Below, in pieces: positions 30,787 to 40,047 of a stretch of DNA of 64,000 nucleotides. This DNA is from Candidatus Marinacidobacterales bacterium. GTDB lineage: Bacteria; Acidobacteriota; Vicinamibacteria; Marinacidobacterales; SMYC01. Position numbers and translations under genes: made by a program. Under the pieces are notes generated by a model. That model made no database searches. It saw nothing but the letters and a program-made list of their open reading frames with translations, and had not been told where the DNA came from. Location of the stretch: positions 6,528,001-6,592,000 of the forward strand of contig OZ250169.1 in the NCBI GenBank assembly GCA_965237955.1. Reading direction: 5' to 3'. Each line of letters begins with the position of its first letter. Position 1 is the first letter of the stretch.

Positions 30787-31845
30787 GAGCGTGGGCTGAG
30801 GTTCGCAGACTCGGTCGGCCGAGCGCCGGTGCCGGTCCATCTTCTCCTTGCCGTAATCAAGCTCAGCCAGGTAGGCGTTGTGAGCGGCGCATAGCAGTCG
30901 AACGTTGTCCACGCTTCGGTCTCCATCTAACGCGTAGGGTTCGTCGTGGTGGAACTCGAGCCGGTGGCGCTCCCGGCAGCGTTTGCCCCGGGGGCTGATG
31001 AACGTACATTGACCCCGATCGCGCTTCCAGACGGCTCGTTTCACCGGGGCGGAGATGCCGCGCACGCCCGGTGATGTGTCAGCGTCTTCCAGGTTTTTTC
31101 TCGGCTTGTTCGTCTTGCCATATCGTTTGGCTTCGAGACGTTCGAGTTTCTCGCTCACGGCCGCGTCGATGATGGAAGCGAGGTCGTCGCCGGGCATGAG
31201 CGCTTGGAGCCGCTCGAGTTTGTCGCGGAGCTCCTCGCTCGCCGTGAACGCCACTTTGTAGCGCGCTGGTGACAGTGGTTTGACGGTTGCCGGCTTCTCA
31301 GCGGCCGGCTCTGACTTCGCTGCCTGAGCCTTTGGTTCAACTGTGTCTGGACACAGTTGGGTCGACGAGCTCAATTTCAATGGCTCGGACTTGGATTTAC
31401 GTTGTGGCCGCTTTCGAATCGTCGGAGCAACATCTGGCTTCGGCGCCAACTCGGCCACGAGCTCTTCGATCTCACGCTTAGTCCTGTGAGTGGCTCGATC
31501 CAAAACGTTTTCGTAGTTGGCGTCCGTTAGATGCTTTTTCAATACCGAGATACCGGCCAAGTGAATGCGTCCATCCTCGAGCATTTTTAGGAGCACAGGA
31601 TAGCTGCGGGAGAGACGAGCCGCCGCGATGCGTCGATAGGCTTCCGACTCTGACAAATGCAACACGTCAAGGCAGTATTGAAACATCGACGGCGACCCTT
31701 CACGCGCATAGAGTCGCCGCGCATCGACTTCGGCAATGTGTGCGACAAGAACCCACTCCACTCGTCGCGACTGCGCCAACACATTGGACAAACAACGAAG
31801 CAACTCGTCGTCGGAAAGTGATTTCAAATCGTCTTTGTCGTTCAT
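30760..31845 (-). CDS. DUF222 (13E12-like)/HNH endonuclease
   Basis: LSDDELL...LVAHIAEVDARRLY, VKRAVWKRDRGQCTF...C...LEFHH...N..LLCAAHN. Confidence 0.85.
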   Translation of the reverse strand: MNDKDDLKSLSDDELLRCLSNVLAQSRRVEWVLVAHIAEVDARRLYAREGSPSMFQYCLDVLHLSESEAYRRIAAARLSRSYPVLLKMLEDGRIHLAGISVLKKHLTDANYENVLDRATHRTKREIEELVAELAPKPDVAPTIRKRPQRKSKSEPLKLSSSTQLCPDTVEPKAQAAKSEPAAEKPATVKPLSPARYKVAFTASEELRDKLERLQALMPGDDLASIIDAAVSEKLERLEAKRYGKTNKPRKNLEDADTSPGVRGISAPVKRAVWKRDRGQCTFISPRGKRCRERHRLEFHHDEPYALDGDRSVDNVRLLCAAHNAYLAELDYGKEKMDRHRRSADRVCEPQPTLELCRDKVA

Positions 31846-32038
31846 TTGTTTCTTATAGCATGGACTTTTTCGTCGCTCGCATTTCGCGTGTACGAAGCGC
31901 CGAGACGTCAACCCTCTTTCGAAGTCTCAACGACAAAGACAAGGCGACCACCGTTTCTCTAACGCACGTACAGCCGCACGACAGAGCGCACCTACCCTTT
32001 TTTCCAAAACGCTTCCAAAAAGCTGTCAAGCAAATAAT

Positions 32039-33411
32039 TGGTCCGGACCGGGTACATTGGTGACAAAACAGACCGGCGACATGGGTGACAATCCCTTTAC
32101 CAGGGAGGTGGCCGATGCCGTGGGACGAGACGAATTGCATGAATGAACGAGTGAGATTCATCGCTGCGCGCCTTGAAGCTGGGGAGCCGTTCAGTGCCCT
32201 GTGCGAACGGTTTGGGGTGAGCCGAAAGACTGGCTACAAGTGGGTCGAACGTTACGAGTTGGATGGGGTCGCAGGTCTGGAAGAGCGTTCTCGCGCCCCT
32301 TTGTCGCATCCTCACGCTGTCGCGGACGACGTGGTGGAAAAGATTCTGAGAGCCCGGAAGAAACACCCGCGTTGGGGACCGCGCAAGTTGCGTGTCATCC
32401 TGCAACGGCACTATCCGCAGCTCGCGCTGCCGGCGACGAGCACGATCGGAGAGGTTCTGCGTAAGAATGGGCTCATCCAGAAGCGGCGGCGGATACGCCG
32501 AAGCTCTCCGTATGGCGATCGTCTGGGCGACTACGGGAGCCCCAATGCGGTGTGGTGTGCCGACTTCAAGGGACATTTTCCGGTTGCAGGGGAGCGTTGT
32601 CACCCCTTGACCGTGAGCGACGGATGCAGTCGCTATTTATTTGCCTGTCAGGGTCTTCACCGGCCATTGTTCAAGCCGACACGGAAGATATTCGAATCGG
32701 TATTTCGAGCATACGGTCTGCCGGACGCGATTCGAACCGACAACGGAGCGCCGTTCTCGACTCTTGCGCCAGGAGGACTGTCCAGACTTGCTGTTTGGTG
32801 GATTCGTCTCGGAATCCGTCCTGAGCGGATTCAGCCCGGCCGACCCGATCAAAACGGAAGACATGAACGGATGCACAGCACCTTGAAGTCAGAGACGGCT
32901 AAACCGCCCCGAGCGAGCTTTCGAGCACAGCAACGGGCATTCGATCGGTTCCGGGAGGAATACAACGAAATCCGCCCGCATGAGGCACTTGGTCAGGAGG
33001 TTCCTGCATCTCGCTATCAGCCCTCGAACCGCCCCTACCCTCGTCAGCTCCCGCAAATCGAATACCCGGAGCACTTCTACGTCGCTCAAACCTATCCCAA
33101 CGGAATGATCTCTTTTGAGTCCAAGCAGTGGTACATAAGCAGCTGTCTAAAGTCAGAGCGCGTCGGTCTCGAGCAAGTCGATGACGACCGGTGGAAGGTT
33201 CACTTCGGTCCCGTCCCTCTCGGGATTCTCGATGTTCGAAACGCCAGGGACCGTGGATATCGCGCCTTTGGGCTTCTAGTTTCTCCCGAACGACGAAGCA
33301 AGAGGCCATACAAAAGACGAGGCCCGAAATGATCTCGAAGAGAATCCACGACACCGCAAACTGTTACCTATGTGCCCGGTCTGTTTCGTTACCGATGTAG
33401 GCGGTTGCACA
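32039..33411 (+). mobile_element. IS481-family insertion sequence
   Basis: Repeated gaccgg...acat.ggtgaca at left, inverted tgttacctatgtgcccggtc...ggttgcaca at right; ends approximate. Confidence 0.85.
32115..33332 (+). CDS. IS481 transposase (rve integrase core)
   Basis: VSRKTGYKW, WCADFKG, RTDNGAPF, QNGRHERMH, YNEIRPHEAL. Confidence 0.93.
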   Translation: MPWDETNCMNERVRFIAARLEAGEPFSALCERFGVSRKTGYKWVERYELDGVAGLEERSRAPLSHPHAVADDVVEKILRARKKHPRWGPRKLRVILQRHYPQLALPATSTIGEVLRKNGLIQKRRRIRRSSPYGDRLGDYGSPNAVWCADFKGHFPVAGERCHPLTVSDGCSRYLFACQGLHRPLFKPTRKIFESVFRAYGLPDAIRTDNGAPFSTLAPGGLSRLAVWWIRLGIRPERIQPGRPDQNGRHERMHSTLKSETAKPPRASFRAQQRAFDRFREEYNEIRPHEALGQEVPASRYQPSNRPYPRQLPQIEYPEHFYVAQTYPNGMISFESKQWYISSCLKSERVGLEQVDDDRWKVHFGPVPLGILDVRNARDRGYRAFGLLVSPERRSKRPYKRRGPK

Positions 33412-33449
33412 ATTCGTTTTGTTCTACTTTTTTTCTGGAGCGTTCACAC

Positions 33450-33544
33450 CAACTGTGCCCGGACACAGTTGCCCAAAGCACGACGTCCCAGCCCGCGCCC
33501 GAACCTGGGTGCCCGGAGCGGCCGTCCGCCCATCGCCCACTAAT
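33450..33544 (+). repeat. inverted repeat arm B flanking the HNH gene
   Basis: caactgtgcccggacacagttg palindrome followed by sequence homologous to the HNH gene 3' flank. Confidence 0.7.
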
Positions 33545-33559
33545 ATCAGGCGCACGACC

Positions 33560-34005
33560 ATGACTTTGAGCCCGAACGATCGCCTCGGTTCCTACGAAAT
33601 CGTGGATCCCATCGGCGCGGGTGGGATGGAGAGGTCTATCGGGCTCGCGACACGAAGCTCGATCGGCACGTCGCGATCAAAGTCCTGCCCGCGGAGTTTT
33701 CGCGGGACCGTGAACGGCTGGCGCGGTTCGAGCGGGAAGCCAAGCTCCTGGCGTCACTCAACCACCGGAACATCGCGACGCTCCATGGGTTGGACGAGTC
33801 TGACGGGCAACTCTATCTCGTCATGGAGCTCCTGCCCGGAGAGACACTCGCGGAAAAATTGAAGCGCGGCCCACTCGCGGTCGACGAGGTGCTTGCCGTC
33901 GCGCGTCAGGTTGCCGCGCTCGAGGCGGCTCACGAGAACGGTGTCATCCATCGCGACCTGAAGCCCCCGAACATCAAAGTGATCCCGGAGGGTCAGGTCA
34001 AACGT
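33560..34005 (+). pseudogene. Ser/Thr protein kinase, frameshifted and truncated
   Basis: YEIVDPIGAGGM / EVYRARDTKLDRHVAIKVL...RFEREA...HRDLKPPN; ends before the DFG motif. Confidence 0.85.
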
Positions 34006-34061
34006 CGACCGAGTCAGATGTTCTTGGTTTCCATGTGATGTTACAGTCGCGTGTCTATTAT

Positions 34062-34553
34062 TCAGGCGTCTGGCGGCGGCGCGACACCGTCACCGCTCCG
34101 ATGGGATCGATGGCGCAGCAGAAACGACTTCAACATCAAATAGCCGATGACCGCCAGGACTGCGGAGAGAATCAAGTTCCCGAGCATAAAGGGCACGAGG
34201 AGGTTCCACGCATCGGCGGTCAGCGCACTCCAAAATTGACCGGACGCGAGCGTCTCGGAGCTCAGCTCGGGCAGAGTCGCGTCGCTCTCGAGAACGAAGG
34301 CACCGAGACCCGTGCCCAGAGCCAACATGGGAGCAACCGTCCACGGCGTGTTCGAGAAGACACCTGCGAGAAACGACAAACGGTTGAGCCTCACGAACAA
34401 CAGGATGACCATCGCGATGAGCGTGTGAAGGCCGATGAGCGGCGAAAAGGAGATGAAGACCCCGAAGCCGAAGGTCCGTGCCGTTCTCTCGGGCGGCTCG
34501 TCAAGGAGCAGGAGCTGGCGCAGGTAGCGCCTGAGGCTGCGCTTGTCAGCCAT
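34062..34553 (-). CDS. DUF2062 membrane protein
   Basis: PERTARTFGFGVFISFSPLIGLH...SNTPWT. Confidence 0.8.
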   Translation of the reverse strand: MADKRSLRRYLRQLLLLDEPPERTARTFGFGVFISFSPLIGLHTLIAMVILLFVRLNRLSFLAGVFSNTPWTVAPMLALGTGLGAFVLESDATLPELSSETLASGQFWSALTADAWNLLVPFMLGNLILSAVLAVIGYLMLKSFLLRHRSHRSGDGVAPPPDA

Positions 34554-35601
34554 GGCGAAAGTGATCCCACCCCTCCGCGGTCACGGGCTCGATGGTCCCG
34601 TCACGTCGGACAATTTCAATGGGCTCAATGGCCTCTCCCGGCGGATGCAGCTCACCGATCTTCGTGATCGCGACGTCCGACGCGTTTCGCAACGTTTCCA
34701 CTTTCTTTTCGCTGCGCGCGGTGAACAGGAGCTCGTAGTCCTCACCACCCGAGAGCGCGAGGACCGTCGGGTCGCGATCCCACGCGTGGCCCCAGGCGAG
34801 GACGCCAGGATGAAGTGGGAGCGAGCGCTCTTCGATGCGAGCGCCGACTCCACTGGCGCGGCCGAGCCGCGCCAGATCGATGCCCAGCCCGTCGGACACG
34901 TCGATGCAGGCGGAGGCGATCTTGCGATCGTTCAACTCTCTGCCGAGGCCGAGGCGAGGCTCAGGATCCATATGTGCGCGAATACAATCCTCCGCGAGCG
35001 CGAGCGGCCCGTCGCGCAAGCTTTCGGGCACCACGAGACTACCCGTCGCCGACAACACCGCGCCTTGTTGAAGCAGCTTCAACCCGCACACGGACGCGCC
35101 AATCTTACCGGAGACGTAGATCCCATCACCGGCGCGCGCACCGTCGCGACGGAGCGCGTGAGCGCCGCGCGTCGTTCCGAAAGCCGTAACGTCCACTACC
35201 ATCGCCCCGGTCGATGCCGATACGTTCCCCCCAACCAGCGCCATGCCGAGCTCGTCAGCGCGCTCGGCAGCCCCTTCGACGATCTGCCAAAGCGTCTCCA
35301 CTTCGAGCTCAGGGGAGACGACCAGTGACAACAATACTCCGACACCCGAGCCCCCCATCGCGGCAATGTCACTCGCACTCGCTGCAACTGCCTTGCGCCC
35401 GAGAAAACGAGGTGGAAGCGTCTCTTGCGTGAAGTGGGTCCCCTCGACGAGCGCATCGACCGTGAGCAGTACATGCTCCCCGTCCGGCATCGAGAGCGCC
35501 GCCGCATCGTCGCCGATCCCGATAGGAACCCTCTCACTAGGCGGAAATCTCGATCGTAACTCTTCGAGGAAAGCGTTTTCACCAAGCTCCGACAGTTTCA
35601 T
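34546..35601 (-). CDS. thiL: thiamine-monophosphate kinase
   Basis: GIGDDAA, DALVEGTHF, SDIAAMGG, IDVSDG, GGEDYELLF. Confidence 0.94.
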   Translation of the reverse strand: MKLSELGENAFLEELRSRFPPSERVPIGIGDDAAALSMPDGEHVLLTVDALVEGTHFTQETLPPRFLGRKAVAASASDIAAMGGSGVGVLLSLVVSPELEVETLWQIVEGAAERADELGMALVGGNVSASTGAMVVDVTAFGTTRGAHALRRDGARAGDGIYVSGKIGASVCGLKLLQQGAVLSATGSLVVPESLRDGPLALAEDCIRAHMDPEPRLGLGRELNDRKIASACIDVSDGLGIDLARLGRASGVGARIEERSLPLHPGVLAWGHAWDRDPTVLALSGGEDYELLFTARSEKKVETLRNASDVAITKIGELHPPGEAIEPIEIVRRDGTIEPVTAEGWDHFRHG

Positions 35602-35610
35602 TGATCTCGA

Positions 35611-35649
35611 GCTGATGGCTGACGGCCGATGGCTGATGGCTGATGGCTG
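35611..35649. repeat. heptamer tandem repeat (GCYGAYG)
   Basis: About 5.5 units; also at 46094 and 53238. Confidence 0.7.
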
Positions 35650-35664
35650 CAGCGTGAGCAGAAA

Positions 35665-35836
35665 ACCCCCGCTTTGCCGTGTGAGGGAATCTATCTGAAC
35701 CACCGGTAAAGGGAGGTGATCGCCCCGACGCCCTTCGCGAACTCCATAGGAGCCGTGCTCCAGGCGGCCGGGTGGACCTCCGATTCAAATAAATGTTGGC
35801 TCAATAGTGTTCCTCATCACGTGCAAAGCAGGGTAC
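35665..35836 (-). ncRNA. ssrS: 6S RNA
   Basis: Directly downstream of zapA; closing stem ccctgctttgc/gcaaagcgggg, ttgagcca/tggttcag pairing and a central bubble. Confidence 0.85.
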
Positions 35837-36175
35837 TCAGATGGCAGGCGACGTTTGGGTAGGCTCTCGAAGCGACTTCTCGAGAGTCTTCACGAGCCCG
35901 TCGACACGACCGGCGAGATCTTCGTCGGAAATCCGCTCGCGCTCTTCGGCTTTGAAGAGCTCGTCGGCAATGTTGAGCGCCGCCAGGATGGCGACCTTCA
36001 ATGACTCGGAGGTTCCCGTCGCGTCCGCGATCGTGCGCATCTTGGTATCGACGAATCGCGCGAGCTCTTCGATATAGGCAACGTCTTCTTCGGCGCGAAC
36101 TTTGTAGGTTCGGCCCATGATGACGACAGGGACCAGACTGGAATCTTGCTTGTCATGTTTGTCAGGGGCGCTCAT
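35837..36175 (-). CDS. zapA: cell division protein ZapA
   Basis: IMGRTYKV...ARFVDTKM...AILAALNIADELF. Confidence 0.92.
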   Translation of the reverse strand: MSAPDKHDKQDSSLVPVVIMGRTYKVRAEEDVAYIEELARFVDTKMRTIADATGTSESLKVAILAALNIADELFKAEERERISDEDLAGRVDGLVKTLEKSLREPTQTSPAI

Positions 36176-36185
36176 TTTTTACCTT

Positions 36186-36506
36186 CTACGGTTCGAGCTT
36201 CTCGATGCGCTCGAGAAGCAGGGCAACTTTCGATCGGATGGTTTTTCGTTCCTTCCGGAGCGCGTCCAGCTCTGCATGGGACGCACCGCCCCCGTCTTCT
36301 AAGGCGTCTTCAGAAACATCCGCGGATCGACCTTCGGACCGGGATAGGAGCTCACGCCGGAGCTCAGCCACTTCGCCATTCAGCGAGTAGTTCGTCTCGC
36401 GAAGCTCGCCAATGAGCTCGGTGGCCTGTTGGATCTTGTCTTCGAGTTTGGCGAGCTCGGCGACACGGGTCGACGCTTGGTCTTCCTCGCGCTCCGTGTC
36501 AGACAC
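36186..36506 (-). CDS. coiled-coil cell division protein, ZapB-like
   Basis: LEDKIQQATELI...LRKER..IRSKV..LL; upstream of zapA. Confidence 0.75.
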   Translation of the reverse strand: MSDTEREEDQASTRVAELAKLEDKIQQATELIGELRETNYSLNGEVAELRRELLSRSEGRSADVSEDALEDGGGASHAELDALRKERKTIRSKVALLLERIEKLEP

Positions 36507-36511
36507 CGGGA

Positions 36512-36871
36512 TCAGCTCGCGAGCGCTTCCTTGGCGACGCCCACGAGCTCGGCGAAAGCGTTCTCGTCGTGAATAGCGAGCTCGGAGAGCTGTTGTCGAT
36601 TGAGCGCGACGTTGGCTTTGGAAAGCCCCGCAATGAAAGTGCTGTACGACATGCCGTTCGAGCGCGCCGCGGCGCCGATGCGAATGATCCACAGACGTCG
36701 GAAATCGCGCTTCTTGGTGCGGCGGTCGCGATACGCGTACGACAGAGCGCGATCGACCGACTCCATGGCGGAGCGGTAGAGCTTGCTCTTGGTCCCACGA
36801 AACCCTTTGGCGAGCTTCAACACCTTTTGGCGGTGTTTCCGCCGGTTGGAACCTCGTTTCACTCTTGGCAT
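36512..36871 (-). CDS. rplT: 50S ribosomal protein L20
   Basis: MPRVKRG...AYRDRRTKKRDFRRLWIIRI. Confidence 0.97.
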   Translation of the reverse strand: MPRVKRGSNRRKHRQKVLKLAKGFRGTKSKLYRSAMESVDRALSYAYRDRRTKKRDFRRLWIIRIGAAARSNGMSYSTFIAGLSKANVALNRQQLSELAIHDENAFAELVGVAKEALAS

Positions 36872-36905
36872 TTTCTAGTTGATCTCCAAACTCTTACGCC
36901 AAACT

Positions 36906-37100
36906 TTATGGAAGAAGCGGCGCTATGAACTTTTTGTCGGCCTTGGACACCAGACCCGACTTCCGCAATTTGCGCTTCCGGCTGCGGCTTTTCTTCGTCA
37001 AGATATGGCTCGCGTGCGAGTGACCGCGTTTGATCTTGCCAGTCGCCGTCTTGCGAAAACGCTTGGCAGCTCCGCGATGCGATTTAGCTTTCTTCCCCAC
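36906..37100 (-). CDS. rpmI: 50S ribosomal protein L35
   Basis: [17 protein letters not shown]...HILTKK. Confidence 0.96.
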   Translation of the reverse strand: MGKKAKSHRGAAKRFRKTATGKIKRGHSHASHILTKKSRSRKRKLRKSGLVSKADKKFIAPLLP

Positions 37101-37147
37101 TAGTATCTCCTGTTGATGTGCGTGGCGGCAGGCCCATTCAGGCCCAT

Positions 37148-37717
37148 TCAGGCCGATTCTTCTTGAACCTCGCCTTCCTCTTTGGCCGCTTTCATTTTTT
37201 CCAAGACCGCTTTTCTCGGCGCCAGAATCTGGTGCATCTGGTTGCCTTCCATCCTCGAGCGTGACTCGACGGTCGCGATCTCGTCGAGCTCTTTCGCGAC
37301 TCGGTCCAAAATCTTCACGCCCAGCTGACCATGCGAGCGCTCACGACCGCGAAACATGATCGTTATCTTGACTTTGTTGCCATCCATGAGAAATCGCTCG
37401 ACGTGTTTCTTTTTGAACGTGTAGTCGTGCAGATCAATCTTCACGCGAAATTTGATCTCTTTGACTTGTATCTGCTTTTGGTGCTTCTTCGCTTCGTGGG
37501 CGCGTTTGTTCTTCTGATACAGATACTTTCCATAGTTCATGATCCGGCACACCGGCGGATTCGCTTTTGCGACGATCTCCACCAGGTCCAGCTCTCGCTC
37601 CTTGGCCATACGGAGCGCGTCCTCGGGTCGAACGATACCGACCTGCTCTCCGTTCTCATCGATCAAGCGAATCTCGCGGGCGCGGATTCGCTCGTTCACC
37701 CGGGTCGACCTATCGAT
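37148..37717 (-). CDS. infC: translation initiation factor IF-3 (probable ATC start)
   Basis: [30 protein letters not shown]; SD AGGAGG 6 nt before an in-frame ATC at 37717. Confidence 0.95.
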   Translation of the reverse strand: MDRSTRVNERIRAREIRLIDENGEQVGIVRPEDALRMAKERELDLVEIVAKANPPVCRIMNYGKYLYQKNKRAHEAKKHQKQIQVKEIKFRVKIDLHDYTFKKKHVERFLMDGNKVKITIMFRGRERSHGQLGVKILDRVAKELDEIATVESRSRMEGNQMHQILAPRKAVLEKMKAAKEEGEVQEESA

Positions 37718-37816
37718 ACGCCACCTCCTGGCTAATGTCCCACACGTTCATTGGCACTATTATGCCTTTGCAGCAAGCCCCATTTCCACCGGTATGACGC
37801 CGTCTCATGCTCATGT

Positions 37817-39733
37817 TCAAGGGAATAGAGCCTTTTCCTCGACGAGGGTCCTCATCTGCTCGATGAACTTCGGCATCTCGGCCGGTCCCTGGTCCCCGTC
37901 CTTCCGGTTGCGGACCGCAACGGTTCCGGCTTCTTTTTCCTTGTCTCCGGCGACGAGCATGAACGGGATCTTCTGGAGCTGCGCCTCGCGGATCTTGAAG
38001 CCGATCTTTTCGTTACGAGCGTCGAGCTCGACGCGAAACCCTGCGTCCCGGAGCTCGCGCACCACAGACTCGGCGTAATCGTGGTGTTTGTCCGAGATCG
38101 GCAGCACCACGGCCTGTACGGGAGCGAGCCAGACCGGAAACGCCCCGGCGGTGTGCTCGATGAGAACGGCCATGAACCGCTCGATCGAGCCCAGGATCGC
38201 CCGGTGGATGAGAACGGGCCGCTTCCGGGTGCCGTCTTCCGCGGCATAGTGGAGATCGAACCGCTCCGCCTGCACGAAATCCACCTGGATGGTGGCGCAC
38301 TGGTGCGAGCGGCGAATCGCATCCTGGACGTGAAAATCGATCTTAGGTCCGTAGAACGCCCCGTCACCCGGGTTGAGCTTGTACTCGATTCCCGAGCGTT
38401 CCAGACCACTGAAGAGAGAAGCTTCCGCGGCCTCCCACTGCTCGTCGGAGCCAATGGATTTTTCCGGCCGCGTCGATAGCTCGACCCGGACACCTTCGAA
38501 ACCGAACTCCTCGTAGACCTCGACCGCGAGCGCGATGAGGGCCACGACCTCCTGCTCGATTTGCTCGAGAGTGCAGTAGATGTGGGCATCGTCCTGCACG
38601 AACGAGCGCACCCGCGTCAGACCCGACAGCACACCGGAACGCTCGTTGCGGTGGCAGTGACCGAACTCCGACAACCGCAGGGGGAGCTCACGATAGCTCC
38701 GGAGCGACGATGCGTACACGATGGCGGCACCGGGGCAGTTCATCGGCTTTATCGCGAACTCTGCCTCGTCGGATTCGACGAAGAACATGTTCTCCCGATA
38801 GTTATCCAGGTGGCCGCTTTTGCGCCACACGTCGACGTTCATCACCAGCGGCGTCTTGATCTCCTGATAGCCACGCACGTCGAGCTTTTTGCGCATGTAC
38901 TCCATGAGCCCGTGCACGACCCTGAGGCCCTTCGGAAGCCAAAACACCTGTCCGGGCGCCTCTTGGCGGATGACGAACAGCTGGAGCTCGTTGCCGAGCT
39001 TGCGGTGGTCGCGCTTTTTCGCCTCCTCGAGGTTTTTCAAATGCTCGGCGAGGGTCTTTTTGTCGTAGAACGTCGTGGCGTAGATGCGCTGCATGGGCGC
39101 GTTGGCCTCGTCGCCCTTCCAATAAGCCGCCGAGCTCTTGAGGACTTTGATCGCCTTGATGACACCGCTATGCGGCACGTGCGGGCCTTCGCAAAAATCG
39201 TAAAACGGCCCGAGTCGATAGCAGGACACGATGTCGTCGCCTTTTTCGTCCACGAGCTCTTTCTTGAACGATTGCCCCAACTCCTGGAACTTCGCGATCG
39301 CCTCCGACTTGGGAATCTCCTCGCGCTCGAACGGAACTTTGTGCTTCGCGAGCTCCTTCATCCTGTCTTCGATCTTCTGGAGATCCTCGGGCGTGAACGG
39401 CTCGTCGACGACGAAATCGTAGAAGAATCCCCCGTCGATCGGCGGACCGATTCCGTACTGGGCGTTCGGGAACAGCTCGGTGACCGCTGCCGCGAGCAAG
39501 TGGGCGGAGCTGTGGCGGAAAATCTCGAGCGTCTCGTCGTCCTTGGGAGTCAGGATCTTGACGTCCGCGCTCTTTTTGATGCCGCGAGAGAGATCGAAGG
39601 GCTCCCCGTCGACGAGTGCGGCGATGGCGTTTTGCGCGAGCCCGGGCCCGATGTCTTCGGCGATCGTCCGCGCGGTCACACCGGCCGGGTATTCCTTGGC
39701 CGACCCATCGGGCAGTGTCACAGTGATATTCAT
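37817..39733 (-). CDS. thrS: threonine--tRNA ligase
   Basis: TGS domain, RHSSAH, RDHRKLG, KPMNCP, GAFYGPKID, HRAILGSIERF. Confidence 0.97.
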   Translation of the reverse strand: MNITVTLPDGSAKEYPAGVTARTIAEDIGPGLAQNAIAALVDGEPFDLSRGIKKSADVKILTPKDDETLEIFRHSSAHLLAAAVTELFPNAQYGIGPPIDGGFFYDFVVDEPFTPEDLQKIEDRMKELAKHKVPFEREEIPKSEAIAKFQELGQSFKKELVDEKGDDIVSCYRLGPFYDFCEGPHVPHSGVIKAIKVLKSSAAYWKGDEANAPMQRIYATTFYDKKTLAEHLKNLEEAKKRDHRKLGNELQLFVIRQEAPGQVFWLPKGLRVVHGLMEYMRKKLDVRGYQEIKTPLVMNVDVWRKSGHLDNYRENMFFVESDEAEFAIKPMNCPGAAIVYASSLRSYRELPLRLSEFGHCHRNERSGVLSGLTRVRSFVQDDAHIYCTLEQIEQEVVALIALAVEVYEEFGFEGVRVELSTRPEKSIGSDEQWEAAEASLFSGLERSGIEYKLNPGDGAFYGPKIDFHVQDAIRRSHQCATIQVDFVQAERFDLHYAAEDGTRKRPVLIHRAILGSIERFMAVLIEHTAGAFPVWLAPVQAVVLPISDKHHDYAESVVRELRDAGFRVELDARNEKIGFKIREAQLQKIPFMLVAGDKEKEAGTVAVRNRKDGDQGPAEMPKFIEQMRTLVEEKALFP

Positions 39734-39799
39734 AAACTAAACAAAAAGAGTCCGCGGCGAATCCAGATTTGGATCCTCACGGACAACAAACCTTGAAAG

Positions 39800-39874
39800 T
39801 GGTAGGCGCGGGCGGATTTGAACCGCCGACTTCTACCGTGTCAAGGTAGCGCTCTCCCCCTGAGCTACGCGCCT
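39800..39874 (-). tRNA. tRNA-Val(GAC)
   Basis: aggcgcgtagctcag...ctaccttGACacggtag...ggttcaaatcc...gcgcctacca cloverleaf with CCA. Confidence 0.95.
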
Positions 39875-40047
39875 ATCGACTCCAATCCGCCTTGAATACT
39901 AGCAACGTCACTGCATCGTGTCAAGGCGAGAAGCTCTTTTTTTTCTTGGGGATACGGCTCCGAGGGTGGTTCGGGTCGGGTTTTCTCGTCCATTGACTTG
40001 TAGAGAACCCTGAGGTGATAATGCTTAGAAGAAAAATCCAGTTCTCC

